This document shows, one piece after another, positions 36,248 through 47,309 of a stretch of 64,000 bases of DNA. The DNA comes from an uncultured Candidatus Rokubacteria bacterium (GTDB lineage: Bacteria; Methylomirabilota; Methylomirabilia; Rokubacteriales; CSP1-6). The stretch lies in assembly GCA_963758635.1 (NCBI GenBank), contig CAVWWD010000003.1:160001-224000 (forward strand), given 5' to 3'. Both the position numbers and the translations under genes were made by a program. The first letter of the stretch is position 1. Each line of letters begins with the position of its first letter. The notes under the pieces are model-generated. The model was not told where the DNA came from, did not search any database, and was given only the letters and a program-made list of their open reading frames with translations.

Positions 36248-37300
36248 TCAGCGGGCGGAGAGGATGGACCAGGCGGCGTCGGCGAGGGGACGTGCGCGGG
36301 AGCCGCGCTCACGGGCGTTCGGGTCGTTGGCGGTGCCCGACACGACCCGGCCCATGATCCCCTGCGCGATGGCCGCGAGCCGGAACATCGCGAACGCGAC
36401 GTAGAAGTCCCAGTCCTCGATCCCCGACCGCCCGGTCCGCCGGCAGTACGCGGCCACGAAGTCCGCCTCCGCGGGCATCCCGAGCGCGGCGAGGTCCGCG
36501 CCCTGGAAGCCGTCCATCGTCTCCGCTTCGAGGCGGTACGGCATGCAGTTGTAGGCGAGGTCGGAGAGGGGATTGCCCAGCGTGGCCAGCTCCCAGTCGA
36601 GCACGGCGAGGATGCGCGGCTCGGTCGGGTGCACGATCGTGTTGCCCAGGCGGAAGTCGCCGTGGACGATCGTGGTGTCCTCCACCGCCGGCACGTGCGC
36701 GGGCAGCCAGCCGATCAGCTCCTCCATCGACTCGATGCGCTCGGTCTCCGACGCGCGGTACTGCTGCGTCCACCGGTGGATCTGCCGCGCGATGTAGTTG
36801 CCGGGACGCCCGAAGTCGGCGAGCCCCACCGCCTTCCAGTCCACCCGGTGCAGGCGCGCCAGCGCCTCGTTCATCTCGTCGTAGATCGCCGCGCGCTCGG
36901 CGGGCGGGCTGTCGGGCAGGCGCGGGTCGACGAGCACGCGGCCGCTGACGCATTCCATGACGAAGAAGATCGTCCCGATCACCTCGGGATCCTCGCAGAG
37001 CGCGTAGGTCCGCGGCACCGGCACGTCGGTGGCGCGGAGCGCGGTGATCACGCGGTACTCGCGATCGACGGCGTGCGCCGACGGCAGGAGCTTCCCCGGC
37101 GGCTTGCGGCGGAGCACGTAGTCCCCCGCCGGCGTGTCCAGGTGATACGTGGGATTGGACTGCCCGCCCCGGAACTGCCGCACGGTGAGCGGGCCGCGGA
37201 AGTCCTCGACGTGCGATCGCATCCACGTCTCGAGCGCTCCCACGTCCACGCGATGCGCGTCGAGCACGGGCGCGGTTCCCTGGAGCGGCTCGTGTGCCAT
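36248..37300 (-). CDS. APH-family phosphotransferase (ACAD10/11 kinase-like)
   Basis: GGQSNPTY, LRRKPPGKLLPSAHAVDRE, HGDFRLGN, LDWELATLG. Confidence 0.93.
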   Translation of the reverse strand: MAHEPLQGTAPVLDAHRVDVGALETWMRSHVEDFRGPLTVRQFRGGQSNPTYHLDTPAGDYVLRRKPPGKLLPSAHAVDREYRVITALRATDVPVPRTYALCEDPEVIGTIFFVMECVSGRVLVDPRLPDSPPAERAAIYDEMNEALARLHRVDWKAVGLADFGRPGNYIARQIHRWTQQYRASETERIESMEELIGWLPAHVPAVEDTTIVHGDFRLGNTIVHPTEPRILAVLDWELATLGNPLSDLAYNCMPYRLEAETMDGFQGADLAALGMPAEADFVAAYCRRTGRSGIEDWDFYVAFAMFRLAAIAQGIMGRVVSGTANDPNARERGSRARPLADAAWSILSAR

Positions 37301-37413
37301 CGGCGGGCACTCTAGCACAGGCGCCGCGAGCGGGCGACGGCGCGCGGCCGCCGTGGCGCCGATCTTCCGTTGAGCGCGGCGACGGCCGAGGGTAGGCTCT
37401 AGGCTCGGCGCCG

Positions 37414-39694
37414 ATGGACGCGCGCGCGGAGGCTCGATCGTGCTGATGTTCGGCGGGTTGTGGCTGGTCTGGCTCGTGTGGGCGCTACTGCCCCTGCTGG
37501 CGCTGTTCATCGCCATGCGGGCGCTCCGCGAGGCTCGATCGTCGCGCGAGCGGCTCGCCGCGCTCGAGCGGCGACTGCGCGAGACGTCCGCCGAGCCCGG
37601 AGCTCTCCCGTTGCCCGTCGCCGCGCCGATCGAGGAGCCCCCGGCGATCGGCGCCACCGCCGACACGCCATCCACGCCGCTCCCGCCGCCGCCCGCTCCG
37701 CCGTCGTCTCCGCCGCCGCTGTCACCGGCGCCCGCGCGTCTCGACCTCGAGCAGCGCATCGGCGCGCGATGGAGCACGTGGGTCGGGATCGTCGCCATCC
37801 TGTTCGCGGCGAGCTTCTTCCTGCGCTGGGTGTTCGAGGAGAACTTGATCGGCCCCGGCCTGCGCGTGGTGCTGGGCCTGGTGGCCGGTGCGGCGCTGCT
37901 CGGCGCCGGCCTCTCCTTGCGCCGCCGCCGCGACCTGCCGTACCTGTGCGAGGGGCTGGCCGGCGGCGGCCTCGGAATCCTGTACCTGGCGCTGTACGCG
38001 GGCCACGCGTCCTACGGGTTCCTCGGCGCGCGTCCCGCGTTCGGCGCCATGCTGGTCGTCACCGCGGCGGGCGTGGCGGTCGCCGTGCTCACGAGCCGGC
38101 AGGCCATCGCCGTCCTCGCCGTCCTCGGCGGCCTCCTCACCCCCGTGCTCGTCACGACGGACAGCCCGGACGAGCGCATCCTGCTCGGCTACCTGGTCGT
38201 GCTCGACCTCAGCGTCCTCGCCATCGCGCGCTTCCGCGCCTGGGGGGGCTGAACTGGCTCGCGTGGATCGGGACGGCGGTCCTCGTGGCGCCGGTTCTGC
38301 TGCGCGACGCCACGCCGCCCTCCCTCTTCGCTCGTCTCTCGCTGCTCTCCGCGCTCTTCCTGCTCTTCCTCGCCGTGCCGCTCGCGCGCGAGTGGGGCAC
38401 CGGCGCGCGCGGCCGCGACATCGACCTCCTGCTGGTGGCGGCCAACGCCGCCGGCTACTTCGGCGCCGTCTACGTGACGCTCGAGGCGACGCGGCCGGCC
38501 GCCGAGGGGCCGTACGCGCTGGGCCTCGCCGTGCTCTACGCGGCGCTGGCCTCCGAGTGCCGGCGGCGGATGCCGGACGACGACGTGTCGCCGCTGATCC
38601 ACCTGGGCGTCGCCGACGTGTTCCTGACCCTCGGCATCGCGCTGGCGATGGACGGCCCGTGGGTGACGATCGCGTGGGCGGCGCAGGGCGTGGTGCTCCT
38701 GTCCGCGGCGCCGCGCGTCGTGACGGCGGCGCCGGTGTGGGGCGGCGTGGCCGCGCTTATCCTTGCCGCGCTCCGGGCGGTGGCGGTGGATCCCCACTGG
38801 TACCCGGAGGCCACACGCGAGCTCACGCCCGCCGACCTCGTCCACGTCGCCGTGGTGGGGTGTCTCGCGTGGGCGGGAGCGCTGGCCCGGCGGGTGCGGC
38901 CCGCGCAGCTCAGGTGGCTCAGCCCCGAGGGACTCCAGGCCGGGCTCTGGACGGTCGCATCGCTCGTGGCCTCGGTCCTCGCGTGGCGAGAGACCGGCGG
39001 GCTCTGGCCGTGCGCGCTGCTGGCGCTCCTCCTGCTCGTGCTCGGCGCGCTGAGCCGGATCTTGCGGGAGCCGCGGGCGCCGACGTTCACGCTGGCGATG
39101 CCGCTCGTCGCCCTCGTCCTCCTGGTCCGGCTCTTCGTGGAGGACCAGGCGCTCGCCCGCGCCGCCGCGTCGGTGCTCGTCGGCTCCGGCCTCCTCGTGC
39201 GAGCGGGCGCGTGCGCGGCCGTCGTGGTAGCGGGCCTCTGGCTCGCCCGCGGGGACGCGGAGGACGGCACGCGGCCGATCGGCCGCGCGCTCGCCGCGGC
39301 CGGCGCGCTCGCGCTGCTGATCGTGCTGAGCCTCCACTGGATCGAGCACCAGGCCATCGTCCAGCGCGCGGCGGCACGCGCCCGGCAGCGCGGTCTCGTC
39401 GACGCCGTCCGCTGGCAGACGCAGGTCGGCCTGTCGGTGCTGTGGGCGCTCTACGCCGCGGCCGCCCTCGGGTGGGGGTTCCTGCGTCAGGCGGCCGCGG
39501 TGCGCTGGGCGGGGCTGGGCCTGCTGGGCGTCGTCATCGGCAAGGTCTTCCTCGTCGACCTCGCCGCCGTCGCCACCGTCTACCGGATCGTGTCGTTCCT
39601 GATCCTGGGGCTCGTCCTGCTCGGCGTGTCGGTGCTCTACCAGAAGGGCCGCCGCGCTGGCCAGCCGGTGGCGGCGCCCTCGCCCGGGCCCTGA
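37414..39694 (+). CDS. DUF2339 polytopic membrane protein; frameshifts near 37430 and 38245
   Basis: LEQRIGARW..VG, many TM segments, C-terminal KVFLVDL....YRIVSF. Confidence 0.85.
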
Positions 39695-39753
39695 GAGGCA
39701 GGGCGCCCCGACGCGGTCCAGCGCGCCCGGCCGGCCCGACCGCCCGCGCTAAT

Positions 39754-40782
39754 CTAGCGCGAGCCGCCCAGCTCCTTCCGGGCCAGCGCGGCGCCCGCGG
39801 CGAGCGCGCGGATCTTCTGGTTGCACATGTAGCGGGGAGACCAGCCGAACCCGCAGTCCGGATTGACGTAGAGCTTCTCCGCGGGGCACACGGCGAGGAC
39901 GCGCCGGATGCGCGACGCCACGTCCTCCGGCGTTTCCGGGTAGAAGCCCTTCACGTCGACCACGCCCGCGCCCAGCTCGCGGTCCCGTCCGAATTCCTTC
40001 CACACGTCGAGCTCGGTGAGCTCGCGGCCCGCGAACTCCAGCACGAGCTGCTCGGCGCGCGCGGCGAGCAGGCCGGGGAAGTACGGGCGATAGCGGCGAT
40101 CGAAGCGCGAGCGGCCGAACCGGTTGCCGAAACAGACGTGGAAGGCCAGCTTGGCGCGCACGCCCTCGGTGGCCATGTTGAAGAGCCGGGCCATCTCCTC
40201 GCCCGAGACGTTGCCGCGGGCCGGCTCGTCGATCTGGATGAAGTCGGCGCCGGCGGCGACCAGCCCCTTCAGCTCCTCGTTGATGACCTCGGCGAAGCGC
40301 TCGGCCACGTCCACGACGCCGCGGTAGAGCTTGCCGGGATGGATGCGCGAGCCGAACGTGAGCGGCCCCGCGCACGTGGCCTTGACGCGCCGGGTGGTGT
40401 GGGCGCGCAGGTACTCGAACTCCCGGACGATGCCGAGGCCGCCGGGCGGCGTCTCGATGCGTCCCGTGGCCTCGTAGCGGGTCTGCTGGTCGTAGCCCCA
40501 CGGCCCGACCTTTCGCCGGACGGGGAGCGGCTCGATGCCCTTGATGATCGCGTAGTAGGAGTCCACGTAGCCGTCGAGCCGGCGCACCTCGCCGTCGGTG
40601 ATGATGTCGAGCCCGGCGCCTTCCATGTCACGGATGGCGGTGTCGGCGGCGTCGTCGAGCATCTCGTCGAGGTCGCCCGGTCCCATGTCGCCGGCCTCGT
40701 GGGCCTTCACCGAGGCGTACCACCAGCCGGCCTTGCCGTGGGAGCCGACGACGGTGGCGGGGATCAGCGGCAGCTCTGCCAT
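39754..40782 (-). CDS. Cobalamin-independent methionine synthase II (core MetE) family protein
   Basis: ITDGEVRR, IQIDEP, HVCFGN, NPDCGF zinc ligands. Confidence 0.88.
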   Translation of the reverse strand: MAELPLIPATVVGSHGKAGWWYASVKAHEAGDMGPGDLDEMLDDAADTAIRDMEGAGLDIITDGEVRRLDGYVDSYYAIIKGIEPLPVRRKVGPWGYDQQTRYEATGRIETPPGGLGIVREFEYLRAHTTRRVKATCAGPLTFGSRIHPGKLYRGVVDVAERFAEVINEELKGLVAAGADFIQIDEPARGNVSGEEMARLFNMATEGVRAKLAFHVCFGNRFGRSRFDRRYRPYFPGLLAARAEQLVLEFAGRELTELDVWKEFGRDRELGAGVVDVKGFYPETPEDVASRIRRVLAVCPAEKLYVNPDCGFGWSPRYMCNQKIRALAAGAALARKELGGSR

Positions 40783-41428
40783 CGAAGCGTCCTCCGTGTG
40801 AGCGGATGATGTCGCTCGAGCGCGGGACCGAGCGCCCCGCGCCTGGCGCGCAGACGGGAGCATGACAGCGCCGCGCGGGCGGGTCAACGTCCGGATGCCG
40901 GGGAGGCGAGGCGCCTGGGCGAAGCGACGCGAGGGACGGGCTACGCGGCGGCTACACCGCCTCCTCGAAGGCGAGCGGCGCGCGCGCGTCCACGCAGTGG
41001 AAGCGGAAGACGGCGGATCGCCGGCGGCGCGGGGGACACTTCGCCGCCGCCGTCAGCACGCAGACCTTCGGCAACCGAGTCGGTGTCGCATCGGTGGCTC
41101 CGTTCTGGGTTCGATCTGGGCCGGGGGATCCACGCCGTCCGCGGTGTGGATAGCCGCGAGCGGCGCGCTCTGCAGGGTCGGGGACGCCGGCCGGGCAGCG
41201 ATGGGAGCAGGCGCCGTGCCAGCGATGCGTCGAGGGCCGCGCGCGGCCGCAAGTGAGAGATTTCTCGGCGCGGATCGGCGCGCGGCAGCAATTGCCGGTC
41301 GATTTTGCCGTACAGAGATTCCACCCGGCGTGCACGCCAGTGTGAAAGCCCTTCATCCGGCGCGACGCGGTTTCGTCGCGGAGCGGCTCCGTCCCGACGC
41401 GGGCCGCCGCGGCGCGGACCCGCCGCGA

Positions 41429-42322
41429 TCAGCGCATGCGGCAGCGGACCTGGAGCGCGGCAACGTCGACGGGCGAGAGCTGGAGCGGCTCGACGACCTG
41501 GCCGGCGGCCATGGCGTGCATGACCGCGGCGGGATCGTCGACGTGGGCGATGCCGAGGGCGTGGCCCATCTCGTGGGCGAGGAGGAGGACGAGGTCGCGA
41601 AGATCGTGGAACTGGAATACCGTGATCTCCCGACCGTTGAACTCGCCCTTGTGGAACTGCCGGGGCGCCCCGTAGAGCGTGTTGAACGTGGTCACGTCGC
41701 GATTGTGCGTCTCGGCGACGGCGTTGGCCTTCTCGGCCAGGACCTTCACGGTGCCCGCGAGCTCCTCCAGGGCCGCCCGCTCCGCATCGAGCGTCCGGCG
41801 CGCCGCCTCGAGCTGGGCGCGCTCCGCCTCGAGCGTGGCCTGCACCTCGCGGGGCGCGCCACCCCGGGCGTTCCACTGCTGAACCTGCTCGTTGTACTCG
41901 TGGGTCCGGCGCTGGTAGGCGGCCTGGGCGTCGGCGAAGTCCCGGGCGCGCGCGTCGTATGTCGCGCGCCAGTCCGAGTAGGATTTTCCCAGCGCGTCGT
42001 GGGCGCTCCGAGTCGCCTGGAGCGAGCGCTGGAGGATCGCGCCGGCCTGCGTGGTCTGCTGCCGCTCGTCGTAGACGAGGCTGACGGTGAGCGTGGCGCT
42101 CGGGTTCTCGACGAAGAGGTCCCGGCCGATGCGCCGTCGCCAGAGGCCCTCGGCCCGGCCGACGGCGTCGCGCAGCTCGGTTTCCGTCACCCCGAAGCGC
42201 TTGTCGATGGGCCCGAGCCGGTACGGGATGGGGCGCGCGCACGGGCGCGGGAGCTGGATCCACACGACGAGCGCGATGGCGGCCACGCCCAGCGCGCCGA
42301 GCCACCAGAGGCGGCGGGTCAC
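41429..42322 (-). CDS. Matrixin family zinc metalloprotease with coiled-coil insert
   Basis: N-terminal TM, HEMGHALGIAH, Met-turn AVM. Confidence 0.85.
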   Translation of the reverse strand: MTRRLWWLGALGVAAIALVVWIQLPRPCARPIPYRLGPIDKRFGVTETELRDAVGRAEGLWRRRIGRDLFVENPSATLTVSLVYDERQQTTQAGAILQRSLQATRSAHDALGKSYSDWRATYDARARDFADAQAAYQRRTHEYNEQVQQWNARGGAPREVQATLEAERAQLEAARRTLDAERAALEELAGTVKVLAEKANAVAETHNRDVTTFNTLYGAPRQFHKGEFNGREITVFQFHDLRDLVLLLAHEMGHALGIAHVDDPAAVMHAMAAGQVVEPLQLSPVDVAALQVRCRMR

Positions 42323-42425
42323 GGGTCGAGTGTAGCAGCGGGTGGTTGTTGCCCAGGCATGAACGGTCGGCTATCGTGTCGCCGGGCCCGCGGCCGCGCC
42401 GCGTGGGCGACAGGAGGGTATCGAG

Positions 42426-42862
42426 TGAGCGACACCGGCAGCCGGCAGCAGCTCCAGGTGGGTCTCAAGCTCTCGCGCACGGTGACGGTGACCGACGACA
42501 TGACGCCCGCGCACCTGCGGCACGAGCCGATCCGCGTCCTGTCCACGCCGGACATGATCCGGCTCGTGGAGCAGACCGCCATCGCGGCCGTGCAGCCATG
42601 CCTGGCCGAGGGTCAGGCCACCGTCGGCACCCGGGTGGACATCGCGCATCTCGCCGCCACGCCGGTCGGGATGACGGTGACCATCACGGTGGAGGTCACC
42701 GAGGTGGACCGCCGCCGCCTGGCCTTCCGCGTCGAGGTGCGGGACGAGCTGGACGAGGCGGGGAAGGGCACGCACGAGCGCTTCATCGTCGACGCGTCGC
42801 AGCGGATGCCCCGCCTCCAGGACAAGATGAACCGCTGGAAGGCGGCCGGCGGCCGCGCCTAG
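42426..42862 (+). CDS. FlK-like hotdog thioesterase
   Basis: VLSTPDMI, TVGTRVDIAHLAATPVG, GTHERF. Confidence 0.87.
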
Positions 42863-42943
42863 TCTAATGACCCTTCACAGAATACGGTAACCGTCACGGG
42901 CCGCTACAATCCCACCGCTCGGCATTAGTCTGATGCGCGGGGC

Positions 42944-44059
42944 TCACGAGCCGGGAATCCGGACGAACCCCTCCATCAGCCGGCGCGCCGTCCGGTAGAC
43001 GGTCACGCTCTCCGCCCACGGCGATCCGTGGCGCGCGCCCACCGCGGCGGCGATCGGCAGCACGCCGGACGGATGGCCGAGCCGCACGTCGCCCGTCGCC
43101 GACGCGACGCACTCCTGGACCACCGTGCCCGGGATCCGGGCCGCCACGGCCAGGCACATCGCCACGGTGAGCGGCACCGCGCGGTGGCAGTTGCCCATGG
43201 AGATGGCCCGGGCGACCACGTCCGTCGTTTCCGCCGCGTGCGTCCCGCCGTCGAGCGCGGTGAAGGCGGTCGGCGGCGCCACCAGCGCGATCTTCGGGAT
43301 GGCGGCGCTGCCCGGAATGCCCATCATCTCCGCGGCGGCCACGCGGAGCCGCTCGAGGCGCTCCGACAGCGCCCGGTCCGCGTCGAGGGCCTGCGGCGTC
43401 TCGGTGCCCGCCACGCCGAGGTCGGCGCTCCGGAAGAACGCCACCGGGTTGGTCGCGTCCACGAGCGAGCACGCGAGGCCGTCGATCCGATCCTGGGCCC
43501 GGCCGGTCGGCAGGAGGCGCCCCGTGCCCGCCCCGCCGGGATCCACGAAGTCGAGCGCGATGCGCGCGCCGCGGCCGGCCACGCCGGGCAGCTCGAAGTC
43601 GCCCGCCACCGCGGCCTCGCCGTCCGTCACCGGCACGTGGGCCAGGATGATCTTCTTCGTGTTCGTGTTGTGGATGCGCACCAGGGTCTCGCCGTCGCGC
43701 GCGCCCACGAGGCCCTCGTCGATGGCGAACGGGCCGACGGCGGACGAGCAGTTGCCGCAGTTGCCCGAGTAGTCCACCTCGGCGCGCGCCACGTGGACCT
43801 GGGCGAACGTGTAGTCCACGTCGGCGCCGGGATGCCCGCTCGTCCCGATGATGCAGGCCTTGGACAGGGACGAGATGCCGCCGCCCATCCCGTCGAGCTG
43901 TCGCCCGTAGGGATCGGGGCTGCCGAGCGCGGCGAGCAGGATGGCGTCGCGCTCCCGGCCCGCCGGCGGCAGGTCGCGCTCGTGGAACACGAGGCACCGG
44001 CTGGTGCCGCCCCGCATGTACACCGCGCTGATGCGTCGCTGCGCCCTGGTCGTGGTCAC
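42944..44059 (-). CDS. prpF: PrpF family (methyl)aconitate isomerase
   Basis: YMRGGTSR, GSPDPYGRQLDGMGGGISSLSK, GNCGN, RTARRLMEG. Confidence 0.92.
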   Translation of the reverse strand: MTTTRAQRRISAVYMRGGTSRCLVFHERDLPPAGRERDAILLAALGSPDPYGRQLDGMGGGISSLSKACIIGTSGHPGADVDYTFAQVHVARAEVDYSGNCGNCSSAVGPFAIDEGLVGARDGETLVRIHNTNTKKIILAHVPVTDGEAAVAGDFELPGVAGRGARIALDFVDPGGAGTGRLLPTGRAQDRIDGLACSLVDATNPVAFFRSADLGVAGTETPQALDADRALSERLERLRVAAAEMMGIPGSAAIPKIALVAPPTAFTALDGGTHAAETTDVVARAISMGNCHRAVPLTVAMCLAVAARIPGTVVQECVASATGDVRLGHPSGVLPIAAAVGARHGSPWAESVTVYRTARRLMEGFVRIPGS

Positions 44060-45990
44060 GGGGGACCTCCTGCGGTGAGCGCGAGGACGCCGCCCGCGAG
44101 CAGGATCTCCCGCTCGCGCGGCGTGAGGACGCACCGCGCGGTCACCGCGCGCCCGGTGCGCTGGTTGACCACGCGCACGCGCTCGCCGGCGGCGAGGGCG
44201 GCGCGGAGATCCGGGAAGGCGAGACGGTCGCCCTGCTCGATGCCGTCGTGGTCGGCGGGGTCGTCGAACTCGAGCGGCACCAGCCCCCAGTTGACGAGGT
44301 TGGCGCGGTGGATGCGCGCGAAGCTCTTGACGAGCACCGCGCGCACGCCGAGGTGGAGCGGCGACAGCACCGCCGCCTCGCGGGACGAGCCCTGGCCGTA
44401 GAGCTCGCCGCCCACGATGACCCCGTCGCCCGCCGCCCGCGCGCGGGCCACGAACTCGGCGTCGACGTTCCGGAAGCAGAACTCCGCCTGCGCGGGCACG
44501 TTGGAGCGGAACAGCAGGGCCTGGGTGCCCGAGGGCGAGATGTCGTCGGTGGAGACCTTGTCGCCGAGCTTGATGACGCACGTGGCGTCCAGCGTGTCGG
44601 GCACGGGGCGTCCGCGCGGCACCGGCTTGATGTTGGGCCCCTTCAGCACCTCCACGTCGGCGGCCTCCGCCTCCGGCGTGGGCGGCAGGAGCCCCGCGTC
44701 GGAGGCGGTCAGCGAGGACGGCCACCGCCGCGCGGGCGGCGCGCCGCCCCGGCGCGGATCGGTGATGGCGCCGGTGAGCGCGGAGGCGGCGGCGGTCAGC
44801 GGCGAGCAGAGGTAGATCAGGTCGTCCTTGACGCCGCTCCGGCCGGGGAAGTTGCGGTTGAACGAGCGGAGGCTCCGGCCTCCCGCCGCGGGGACGTGAC
44901 CGATGCCGGCGCACGAGCCGCACGTGGGCTCGGACACGGTGGCGCCGGCGGCGAGGAGATCGGCGAGCAGCCCCTCGCGGGCCATCACCTCGAGGATGCG
45001 GTGGCTGCCGGGGAACACGACGAAGTTCGTCGCCGGCGCCACGCGCCGGCCCTTGAGCACCTGCCCCACCGCCCACATGTCCTCCCACGAGCTGTTGGTG
45101 CACGAGCCGACCATCACCTGCTCGAGCGTCGTGCCCTCGACCTCGCGCACCGGCACCACGCGGTCCGGGGAGCCGGGCGTGGCCACGAGGGGCTCGATCG
45201 CGCTCAGGTCCAGCTCGATCTCCTCGTCGTACGAGGCATCGGGATCGGCGGCGAAGGGCCGCCAGGCGTCGGCGCGGCCGAGCAGGCGGAAGTAGTCCAG
45301 GGTCACCTCGTCGGAGGGGAACACGCTCGTGGTGAGCGTCAGCTCGGCGCCCATGTTGGCGATGGTCGCCCGCTCCGGAAGCGAGAGCGAGGCCAGGCCG
45401 GGCCCGGCGTACTCGAAGATCTTGCCGCTGCCGCCGCGCACGGTCAGCCGCCGCAGCAGCTCGAGGATCACGTCCTTGGCCGTGCTCCACGCGGGCAGGG
45501 CGCCGGTGAGCGTGACGCGGGTCACCCGCGGCATGGTCAGGCAGTACGGGCCGCCGCCCAGCGCCACCGCCACGTCGAGGCCGCCCGCGCCGATGGCGAG
45601 CATGCCCGTCGCGCCGCACAGCGGCGTGTGGCTGTCCGTGCCGAGCACGAGCTGGCCCGGCCGGCTGAACGACTCGAAGTGCACCTGGTGGCAGATGCCG
45701 TTGCCGGGCTTCGAGAACCAGGCGCCGTAGCGCCGGGACGCCGTCTGCATGTAGCGGTGGTCGTCCGAGTTGCGCGAGTCGACCTGGTACACGTTGTGGT
45801 CGACGTAGCTCACGACCACCGGCGGCCGGACCCGCGGGAAGCCCATCACCTCGAACTGGAGCAGCGCCATGATGCCGTTGGTGTCGGTGAGCAGGCACTG
45901 GTCCACCGACAGCGCGATCTCCTCGCCGGCCACCGGCTTGCCGGACACGAGGTGGGTGGCGATCAGCTTCCGGGTGAGGCTCTCCGCCAT
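44056..45990 (-). CDS. Aconitate hydratase (short aconitase family)
   Basis: GNGICHQVH, GTDSHT, GSCTNSS and CGSCAG Fe-S cysteines, NRNFPGRSG, GSSRE. Confidence 0.92.
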   Translation of the reverse strand: MAESLTRKLIATHLVSGKPVAGEEIALSVDQCLLTDTNGIMALLQFEVMGFPRVRPPVVVSYVDHNVYQVDSRNSDDHRYMQTASRRYGAWFSKPGNGICHQVHFESFSRPGQLVLGTDSHTPLCGATGMLAIGAGGLDVAVALGGGPYCLTMPRVTRVTLTGALPAWSTAKDVILELLRRLTVRGGSGKIFEYAGPGLASLSLPERATIANMGAELTLTTSVFPSDEVTLDYFRLLGRADAWRPFAADPDASYDEEIELDLSAIEPLVATPGSPDRVVPVREVEGTTLEQVMVGSCTNSSWEDMWAVGQVLKGRRVAPATNFVVFPGSHRILEVMAREGLLADLLAAGATVSEPTCGSCAGIGHVPAAGGRSLRSFNRNFPGRSGVKDDLIYLCSPLTAAASALTGAITDPRRGGAPPARRWPSSLTASDAGLLPPTPEAEAADVEVLKGPNIKPVPRGRPVPDTLDATCVIKLGDKVSTDDISPSGTQALLFRSNVPAQAEFCFRNVDAEFVARARAAGDGVIVGGELYGQGSSREAAVLSPLHLGVRAVLVKSFARIHRANLVNWGLVPLEFDDPADHDGIEQGDRLAFPDLRAALAAGERVRVVNQRTGRAVTARCVLTPREREILLAGGVLALTAGGPP

Positions 45991-46001
45991 GGCCGGCTCC
46001 G

Positions 46002-47131
46002 CTACCGGCCCTCGACGGGCACGAAGGCGCGACGGCCCGGTCCCACGTAGTCGGCGCGGGGCCGGATCAGCCGGTTGTCGTCGTACTGCTCGAGGAGGTT
46101 GGCCGTCCAGCCGGCGATCCGCGAGGCGGCGATGACCGGCGTGAACAGGTCCACCGGGATGCCGATCGAGTAGAAGAGCGGCGCCGAGTAGAAGTCCACG
46201 TTGGGGATGAGCTTCTTGGCGGCGTTGACGCGGCCGTGGAAGCGCACGGCCATGTCGTACCACATCGCCTGGCCGGACTGCCGGCACGCCTCCTCGGCCA
46301 TGCCGCGCAGGATGGCCGCGCGCGGATCGCCCGCCGTGTACACGCGATGGCCGAAGCCCATGAGCCGGCGCTTCTCGGCGAGCGCGCGGTCGGTGAAGCG
46401 TCGACGTTGTCGACCCGGCCGATCTCCATCAGCGTCCGCATCACCGCCTCGCCGGCCCCGCCGTGGAGCGTGCCCTTGAGCGCGCCCACGCCGCCCGCCA
46501 CCGACGAGTGCATGTCGGACAGCGTGGCCGCGATCACGCGGGTGGTGAACGTGGAGGCGTTCAGCTCGTGCTCCGCGTAGAGCACGAGCGAGGCGTCGAA
46601 GGCGCGCGTGGTCACCGGCGAGGGCTCCTGGCCGGTGAGCATGTAGAGGAAGTTCGCGGCGTGGCCGAGCGTCTTCGATGGCGCCACCGGCGCGAGGCCG
46701 TTTCTGATCCGGTGGTGGGCGCAGATCGCGGTGGCCATCTGGCTCGTGAGCCGCGCCGCCTTCCGCCGGTTGGCCGCGCGGGAGTTGTCGGTGGCGTCGG
46801 GATCGTCCATGCCGAGGATGGCGACGGCGGCCTGCAGGACCCGCATCGGGTCGGTCTCGCGCGGCATCAGCGCGAAGGCCCGCGTGAGGCCGTCGGGGAT
46901 GGCGCGCGCCGCCACCAGCTCGGCCATGAAGCCATCGCGCGCGGCGCGGCCGGGCAGGTTGCCCTCCCACAGGAGATAGGCGACCTCCTCGAACGTGGCC
47001 TTCCGGGCCAGCTCGTCGATGTCGTAGCCGCCATAGGCGAGGCGGGCGTGCGCCCCGTCCAGATCGCACAGGCGGGTCTCGGCGGCGACGACGCCTTCGA
47101 GCCCGCGGATGAGTCCCGAGCGCTCCGTCAT
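46002..47131 (-). CDS. Citrate/2-methylcitrate synthase; frameshift near 46398
   Basis: GLEGVVA, AEHELNAST, LHGGA, MGFGHRVY..GDPRA, PNVDFY, LIRP. Confidence 0.92.
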
Positions 47132-47309
47132 GGATGGCTCCTCTCGAGGTGGAGGCGCGCGCCGGCGGGCGCGACGCTTACGAACGGTATACCCCCCGCG
47201 CCGGGAGCGCAAGGCCGGGAGCGCCCTCAAAAGTCCTGTTACCGAAAGCGCGCCGCCGCGCGCCGGCCGTGGTGGCGACGGGGCGAGGCGGGAGAGGCAT
47301 GCGAGACGG

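Noticed and set aside
38241..38250. G7 tract in the DUF2339 gene as a phase-variation switch
   Set aside because: The tract is short and the window has many similar single-base indels, so a homopolymer sequencing error is more parsimonious.
40952..41356. Small Cys-rich minus-strand ORF as a zinc-finger or RiPP precursor
   Set aside because: No recognisable motif spacing, atypical codon use and no modifying enzymes nearby; it cannot be supported.
37888..42862. Very long alternative-frame ORFs (973 aa, 666 aa and similar throughout the window)
   Set aside because: They are Arg/Gly/Pro-rich shadows of real genes caused by high GC and scarce stop codons.
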